Notes under the pieces: model-generated
Told to the model about the DNA's origin: nothing
Database searches by the model: none
The model's input: only the letters and a program-made list of their open reading frames with translations
Made by a program: the position numbers and the translations under genes
From: an uncultured Methanosarcinaceae archaeon
GTDB taxonomy: Archaea; Halobacteriota; Methanosarcinia; Methanosarcinales; Methanosarcinaceae
Assembly: GCA_963733675.1 (NCBI GenBank)
Contig: CAVTET010000003.1
Coordinates: forward strand, 544,001-608,000
DNA length: 64,000 bases
Direction: 5' to 3'
Shown: positions 57,712 through 64,000 of the stretch, in pieces
Numbering within the stretch: position 1 is the first letter of the stretch
How the letters are laid out: each line of letters opens with the position of its first letter

Positions 57712-60105
57712 GTAACTATTCAGAGTATGATTAGCTTATCTTCCTTGAAAACCGCAAAATACTCTATATAAAAGGCGAACAGTTCTTTCGGATTGTAGAA
57801 CTATAGACTTTAATACCGCAAAAAGCTTATTTTCCTTCTTTGGTTCTGAAAATTTCTGATATTTTTTTTGTCTAACTTCATTATCTTGATTTCCCTCTCT
57901 GCCGGTTTATTTTCAGATGAAACTCGCGGATCTTTAAGGAACCTAATGATTTTTTTTCTTTATTTTATAAACTATAAAGTAGAATCATTGATCTTGTTTT
58001 TTGATTAGCACCGCATTTCCCTTTTTTTAGAGGGTTTAGAAAAAATTGAGTTACTTCAATTCCTTTCATGACTATGGAATCGAACCTTTTTTAAAACACT
58101 TTAATTTGCTCAGAATCCAACTCTTGAATTTGCTCTTTACATTCATCAGTTTGTTTTTTAATTTCTGTTAAAAGCTCATTAATCTCTTCAGCCATTTCAT
58201 GTTCTAATTCTCTTCAATCCCATTGATAGCCTATCCGAAAAATAATATACTTTCAATTTAAGATCATGTGTGGTAATGACAAAACGAAAAATTGTTCAGG
58301 ACTACGAAATTTCTGAAGATTATTGGAAAAAATAGAACCTTTACTACCTGTACCTAAGCCAAAAAAGAAGTCTGGAAGACCCAGAAAGGGTGATAGGAAA
58401 ATAATGAGTGGCATTTTCGATTTCCTTGTTACTGGTTGCCAATGGAAAGCGTTGCCATGATTTTATGGAGCTCCAAGCACTGTACATGATCGATTTCAGG
58501 AATGGCAACTATCAGGCTTATTTGAGAGCATGTGGCTGGTTGGTCTTGTTGAGTATGATTTCGAAAAAGGATTAGAATGGGAATGACAATCAATTGATGG
58601 TGCTATGACAAAAACACCATTAGATGGAGCTGGAACAGGAGCCAATCCTACTGATCGTGGCAAAAAAAGGTACAAAAAGGATTGTTTTAACTGATGGTAA
58701 AGGCATACCACTTTCTGTTGTCGTTGATGGAGCCAATCGTCACGATAAAAAGCTTGTAAAAAGGACTTTAGACGCCATATTCTTTGAAAGACCTTCTCCA
58801 GAAGACATAATTCAGAATATATGCATGGATAAGGGTTATGATTTCACAGATATCAGAAAATTGGTTGAAGAATATGGTTATACTGCGCATATCAAAAGTC
58901 GTGGAGAAGAAAACATAAGAAGAGACATACCTGGTTTTAGGGCAAGAAGATGGGTTGTAGAAAGGACACATTCTTGGCTGAATAGATTCAGAAGACTCCT
59001 TATAAGATGGGAAAAGAAAATTGAAAATTACCTTGCTATCCTACATTTAGCATGCGCATTGATAACATTCAGATCAGCAGGACTTTTCGGATAACCTCTA
59101 AGTCTGTTATGAAGATGAACATTGCAAAGAGCGTGAGCACATTCATAACTTTTGTAGAATTCCCAAACACTATTAACTATTATTTATAAATTTCGGAAGA
59201 ATTCTTTAGCTTCCATTGCTTTATATCCCATTTTTTGATGAGAAAGATAAAATGTGTATTTGTCATGGAAAGCTACATGAAATCAATGTCCTTTTTTCTT
59301 GATTTTCATCCCTATTTCATCACAATAAATGACATGAGAAGTTGCTAGTATCTAATGAATCATATTCCAAAATTTCTCTAAATTTCTGAAACATTCTTTT
59401 TCTACTCTAATTCTTATAGCAGAATATATTTTTATCCTCACAACATAATTATAAAACTCATAAATCCTCTCATGAAGAATAAACTAGTATTTTTGACAGT
59501 AAATTGCTAAGTTAAGATATTAGGACTATAATGAACTGGATATTCCACTGATTCGGAAAAACAGCTTTATTTAATATTCCACAGCAAGGACAGATCTTAA
59601 CCAGACTTCGATGTTCTGTGACAATAAGAACTATAGGGACTATCAAAACTGAGACTATTCTAATAATTTCAATTTCAACATTCCTAAAAAATTAGCCGCT
59701 TCTTATATAGTAGTTCTCAGAATATTGTGTCAATCAATCAAAATCATTACACATTTCAAGAGTCTTTCGGGATTAACTTCTCAACATCCAGGTTTCTAGA
59801 TACCTTTTTTGTGGAGATTATTAATATTGGGTTCCTCTTTGACAAAAAAAAATTAGTTGAAGTATGTCTGCTAATGTTACGAATATTTTGATTTGAGCGA
59901 GATTCCAATAAAATAAATATTTTAGTGAGTTCTTTAATTTGATATTCAAGACTCTTCAATATAAGCAATAACCTTAGGGTTTCAAGCAAACAAAGTAAGA
60001 ATATTTTTATGATTCATCAGCAATAAAAAGAATTTATTATACATCCAATTTTTCGCTGTTCCAAAAAAAAAGTGTCGTCACTCACAAAGTTACTTGAATA
60101 GTTAC
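57712..60105 (-). mobile_element. Decayed IS66-family element interrupted by IS5
   Basis: TIRs GTAACTATTCA / TGAATAGTTAC; degenerate 8-bp flanks CATTTAGC / CATTTTGA; fragments LESRSNQN.RN, TEHRS..KICPCCG, CDE.GMK, HALCN.HL and N..AEREIK. Confidence 0.8.
58227..59098 (+). mobile_element. IS5-family element, second inactivated copy
   Basis: Highly similar to 48814-49686; nested in the IS66 relic. Confidence 0.92.
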
Positions 60106-60163
60106 CATTTTGAATCTGAAAGCATGTTAAATCTTAATAACAAATTGCACAAAGGTAATTGTA

Positions 60164-60697
60164 TCAATTCCTTAAATTTTCAATAACCTGTTTACCCCTT
60201 TTTGTGGGGATAATTGTTAATTCAGCTCCAGAAAATTTTATCTCCAGCATATCTACATCAGCAATTCTATCCATTGTAATTGCAAGAGCTGCAACTTCCG
60301 AGTGAGGCTGATTGCCCACTGCGATATTCCAGTCAGCGAGGTAGTAAATTTCAGGAGGGACCTTCTCTGCTCCTACGACAATCATAAGCTTATCACATTT
60401 TTTAAGTTCATCAGTAACATTGGGTAGATTGACCCCATACATCGAAAGGTGGCAAACTTTCCCACCACTAGCTTTCCACTCCTTGATTTCCTTATTGAAA
60501 TCGACTTTATTTTTAATGTAAAAGTCCCCCCCCCAACGACTGACGACAGCCTCAAGACTCTTTACTACCACTGGGTCATCCGAAGCAAGAAGCATACCAT
60601 CTGCACCAAGCAACCTAGCTGTCAAGCCAACATGTGTAGTGATTCTTTTATCTCTTCCGGGGCGATGCCCCAAGCGCAACAAAATAATTTTTTTCAT
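60164..60697 (-). CDS. trm56: tRNA (cytidine(56)-2'-O)-methyltransferase
   Basis: LRLGHR..RDKRITTHV, HLSMYG, VGAEKVP and GNQPHSEV motifs. Confidence 0.93.
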   Translation of the reverse strand: MKKIILLRLGHRPGRDKRITTHVGLTARLLGADGMLLASDDPVVVKSLEAVVSRWGGDFYIKNKVDFNKEIKEWKASGGKVCHLSMYGVNLPNVTDELKKCDKLMIVVGAEKVPPEIYYLADWNIAVGNQPHSEVAALAITMDRIADVDMLEIKFSGAELTIIPTKRGKQVIENLRN

Positions 60698-60763
60698 GCT
60701 CGTGCTAAAGCCTGAATAGGTATTAAAGGATTTCACTGAAAAAATGAAGAATATAAAAGAAAA

Positions 60764-62284
60764 TTATTGGAATCCAAAATTTCCAGGGATTCTCCTCAAA
60801 AGCATACCTTCGACTACAATTGGATTCGTTCTCTGAGCTGTTGTCAATGCAGTTTCGAGCTTGAACTCTTTTTCCGCATAGATAGTCAGAATTGAGTCTC
60901 GTTTCTTGACCGACTCACCCATTTTTTTATGGATAGCAACCCCAGCTCCCTTGTCGTTAGGAGCACCTGCAAGCCTGGCAATTTCAATTATCCACTTATT
61001 GTCAAATTCTATAACGTATCCATCAGTAGAAGCAAAAAGATCAGCGGTATATCGTCCAACCGGAATAGCATCGGATGTGATATTAGGGTCGCCTCCCTGA
61101 GCTTCAATGATCTGTTTCATCTTTTTAAGAGCTTTACCATTCCTGAGTGTTTCTATCGCAAGTTCTTTACCATGGTCTTTCGGAGCTGCACCACCCATTT
61201 CTAGCAAAATACCCGCAAGACTAGCACTCTTTTCAATAAGGCTATTTGGGCCTTCCATGCTTTCCAGCACTTTAAGAGCTTCCCTGACTTCCAGTGCTGG
61301 GCCAACCTTTCTTCCTATGGGAGAGGACCCGTAGGTGATGGCACACTCTATATTCATTCCAAGCCTGTGCCCAAGATTAATCAGGTCTCGTGCCAATTTT
61401 TGCCCCTCCTGGATTGTAAGAATTTTTGTGCCAGCTCCTATAGGAATGTCTATTACAACATTGTCAGCTCCAATAGCCCCCTTTTTTGCCATAATTGATG
61501 CAAGCATCTGGTAGTAAGGATCAATTGAGAGTGGGTATTCGACTCTGATTAGCTTATCATCTGCAGGAGCGATGTTAGTGGCTCCTCCCCATACAAGAGC
61601 TCCTCCCACTTTCTCGGTTATCTCCTTGACTTCCGTAGAGGTAAACTCGACAGGACAGAGGACTTCCATAAGGTCTGCAGTTCCACCCGCACCTGTGATT
61701 GCCCTGGAACTTGTCTTTGGAATCAAAAGTCCATTTGCAGCAACTATAGGAACAATAAGAAGGGAAATCTTGTTTCCTGGAACTCCCCCTATGGAATGCT
61801 TGTCCATGATAGGATGTGTATCGAACTCGATCTTATCTCCCGTATCTATCATAGCTCTTGTCAGCCATTCTACCTCGTCATCAGTCATCCCATGGATATA
61901 AGTAGACGTTACAAAAGCCGAAAGTTCGACATCACTTAGGTTTTCCTCCACGATATCATTTACTAGCATCTTGATTTCTTCTTGCAGAATAGGTTTTTTA
62001 TCCATAATTTTTTTAATAACGGTTCCAGATTTTGAGCGTAATGCTGGTACAACTTCGACAGGTTTATCCCAGTCTTTGAAATGCCTGTAAATTTCGAAAA
62101 AAGCTCCAAGAACGCCTGGTGGAACCATGTCATCAGTTGTGTCCACAATAGCAGAGAGGCTTTCATGCCCACGAATGCGGATCCGCTCCCCGGGATTAAC
62201 ACCCAGTTCCTTCGCATCGGCAATATTCAACAACACTTTGTGCTGCCCTATTTTGATATTAAGAGGTTCCAGCTTCAACTGCAT
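60764..62284 (-). CDS. deoA: AMP phosphorylase (thymidine phosphorylase family)
   Basis: DKHSIGGVPGNK, KTSSRAIT and ARLAGAP.DKGAG motifs. Confidence 0.92.
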   Translation of the reverse strand: MQLKLEPLNIKIGQHKVLLNIADAKELGVNPGERIRIRGHESLSAIVDTTDDMVPPGVLGAFFEIYRHFKDWDKPVEVVPALRSKSGTVIKKIMDKKPILQEEIKMLVNDIVEENLSDVELSAFVTSTYIHGMTDDEVEWLTRAMIDTGDKIEFDTHPIMDKHSIGGVPGNKISLLIVPIVAANGLLIPKTSSRAITGAGGTADLMEVLCPVEFTSTEVKEITEKVGGALVWGGATNIAPADDKLIRVEYPLSIDPYYQMLASIMAKKGAIGADNVVIDIPIGAGTKILTIQEGQKLARDLINLGHRLGMNIECAITYGSSPIGRKVGPALEVREALKVLESMEGPNSLIEKSASLAGILLEMGGAAPKDHGKELAIETLRNGKALKKMKQIIEAQGGDPNITSDAIPVGRYTADLFASTDGYVIEFDNKWIIEIARLAGAPNDKGAGVAIHKKMGESVKKRDSILTIYAEKEFKLETALTTAQRTNPIVVEGMLLRRIPGNFGFQ

Positions 62285-62316
62285 AAATAAACTCCTTCCA
62301 TTTAGTTCTCTTGGCC

Positions 62317-62330
62317 TTTATACTTTTTTT
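62317..62330 (-). promoter_or_regulatory. Putative BRE-TATA of the AMP phosphorylase gene
   Basis: Minus-strand AAAAAAAG-TATAAA about 33-46 nt upstream of the ATG, with GGAAGGAG RBS downstream. Confidence 0.5.
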
Positions 62331-63184
62331 GGTTCCGTTGCAAAAAATCCAAAAAAATATGTGAATCTATAAGTAATGGATAAAAATCAAAATATTAAAG
62401 AAAAATGTACTAACATTATAAAACTATACCAAACAATTGATTAATGTATTTGACTTCACCAAGAACAGAGTAATTTAAATTATTGACTTGTCCTTTTTTG
62501 ATCATATTTATAGCTTCAATTCCTTTTAAAGTCTTACTAGCAGATAGAAAAGACTGAAATCCTAACATTGGATTAACGATTCTCTTTATAGATCTGTGAT
62601 CTTGTTCTATAATGTTATTCAAATACTTGATTTGTCGAATGCCTACGTTTTTAGGTAGTATTTTATCAATTTTTAGTTTATCTATAGCAGGTGGATAAGC
62701 TGGATTTTTATCTACAGTTATTACCTTTGGAATTTGACTATGATTAGAACTTAAAGCTTTCTTAAAGAATCTCTTCGCTGCCTTTCTATCTCGTTTTGAA
62801 CTTAACATGAAATCAATTGTATCTCCATTTGAGTCAACTGCTCGGTAAAAATATTTCCATTTACCTTTTACTTTGATATAGGTTTCATCAACTCTCCACG
62901 AATCATTTGTTGGTCTTAAATGTCTTCTTATCTTCTTTTCTATTTCAGGGGAATATTGATGTACCCATCTCATGATTGTTGTATGGTCGACTTTTACTCC
63001 CCTTTCTGCCATCATTTCCTTTAAATTTCTATAACTTAATGCATATTTTAAGTACCATCTTACATTCAATAAGATAATTTCCCCTTCATAATGCTTCCAT
63101 TTAAAGGAATTAGATAGCATACTACTATCTTTGGTTTTCTTTTTATTCTATTGTATCATTAGAAAGAATTTTTGCAACGGAACC
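62331..63184 (-). mobile_element. Intact IS6-family element
   Basis: 16-bp TIRs GGTTCCGTTGCAAAAA / TTTTTGCAACGGAACC and a perfect 8-bp TSD CTTTTTTT. Confidence 0.96.
62416..63120 (-). CDS. IS6-family transposase
   Basis: WRVDETYIKV, YRAVDS.G.TIDF, TVDK and NNIIEQDHR motifs. Confidence 0.96.
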   Translation of the reverse strand: MLSNSFKWKHYEGEIILLNVRWYLKYALSYRNLKEMMAERGVKVDHTTIMRWVHQYSPEIEKKIRRHLRPTNDSWRVDETYIKVKGKWKYFYRAVDSNGDTIDFMLSSKRDRKAAKRFFKKALSSNHSQIPKVITVDKNPAYPPAIDKLKIDKILPKNVGIRQIKYLNNIIEQDHRSIKRIVNPMLGFQSFLSASKTLKGIEAINMIKKGQVNNLNYSVLGEVKYINQLFGIVL

Positions 63185-63365
63185 CTTTTTTTAACAACAA
63201 CTTTGTTCCAATTAATATCCATGAATCAAGACTTTCGGTAAATTTACCTAAACTAAAAACCAACAAAAAAGCCCGAAAAGGAGTCTTGAGGCTTGAGATC
63301 AAATTTAAAACTGAGGTTGCTTATTTACCGTGATATTATATTAATTAAATCCGTAAAATAAACTT

Positions 63366-64000
63366 ATGGAAAAAAATAAATAACTGAAAAAAGACTGTTC
63401 ATAATTTTTAGATTTTGCGGATGTGCACATATATATAATTTGTTTGCTGTTTGTCCACTATTTACATCCGCCTGATACAGGCCTCATCTTCTTTCCCCAT
63501 AATTACAATTATTTTACTATTTTATATGTTTATCAACCTAAAAGAACACAGTTTCAACAATTACCCTCTTCTGAATTTTCTCGCTCTTTATACTAGGTTT
63601 CATTTTCATATATCTCTTAATTTGCAATCAGATGCAATCTAATTGTGGTAATTTTCCTTGCTAAAGCAATAATTGATTTTTCATACACAATTGATTTCTT
63701 CTTCCGGTTAAAAAAATTTATCTTAATTTGCTATTCTTCTTTCTTGCTACTGCCTGAACAATCTGCATTAGGATCCACCTCACTACCTTTGATCCTTTTT
63801 AGGATTCTTCCATTGCAAAATTTATCCGTAAGTTGTTATATATTCGGAAGAACTCCATTCAATGAAGCAAGCTTATCTAATGACGGAAAATTCTTGAATT
63901 CTCCCATCTAGCAATTAGAGTTACTAAACCAATTCCTCCAAACATAGAAACTTACATTAAAATTTCCACATCAATTTTGTAGTATGCATAAAATGATTGA
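63366..64000 (-). mobile_element. IS110-family relic: 3' part of the recombinase plus downstream non-coding end
   Basis: Broken frames GEFKNFPSLDKLAS..GV.P, K.GS.V.RWIL.Q and IIALARKI resemble the IS110 (Transposase_20) C-terminus; runs off the window end. Confidence 0.7.

Noticed and set aside
63645-63911. 88-aa plus-strand ORF
   Set aside because: Antisense to the IS110 relic

Overview
Archaeal, Methanosarcina-like chromosomal segment. The assignment is inferred from protein families and gene order: the archaeal aroA'/aroB'-aroD-aroE-tyrA operon, srp54, truD, RPA, mfnD, grpE-dnaK-dnaJ, rnz, cbiMNQO, dapL, lysC-purM, trm56 and AMP phosphorylase. Intact housekeeping genes sit among long AT-rich spacers full of decayed DNA. 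Pseudogenes include a cation/H+ antiporter, a TPR protein, a YVTN surface protein, a bacterial-type N-ATPase beta subunit and a tRNA-Cys copy. There are relics of about seven IS families (IS6, IS5, IS66, IS110, IS1634, ISH3, IS200/IS605) and several MITE/REP-like repeat families; only one IS6 looks intact. The most interesting signals are: (i) a dispersed non-coding repeat matching the downstream non-coding end of an IS110 element, a candidate orphan bridge/seek-RNA cassette; (ii) a 186-bp in-frame triplication of a glycosyltransferase 5' end whose units are joined by amber codons; (iii) a decayed tRNA-Cys paralog whose anticodon reads TTG; (iv) otherwise intact genes that begin at ATA. No CRISPR array or rRNA was seen. 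All homology calls are by eye, without database searches.
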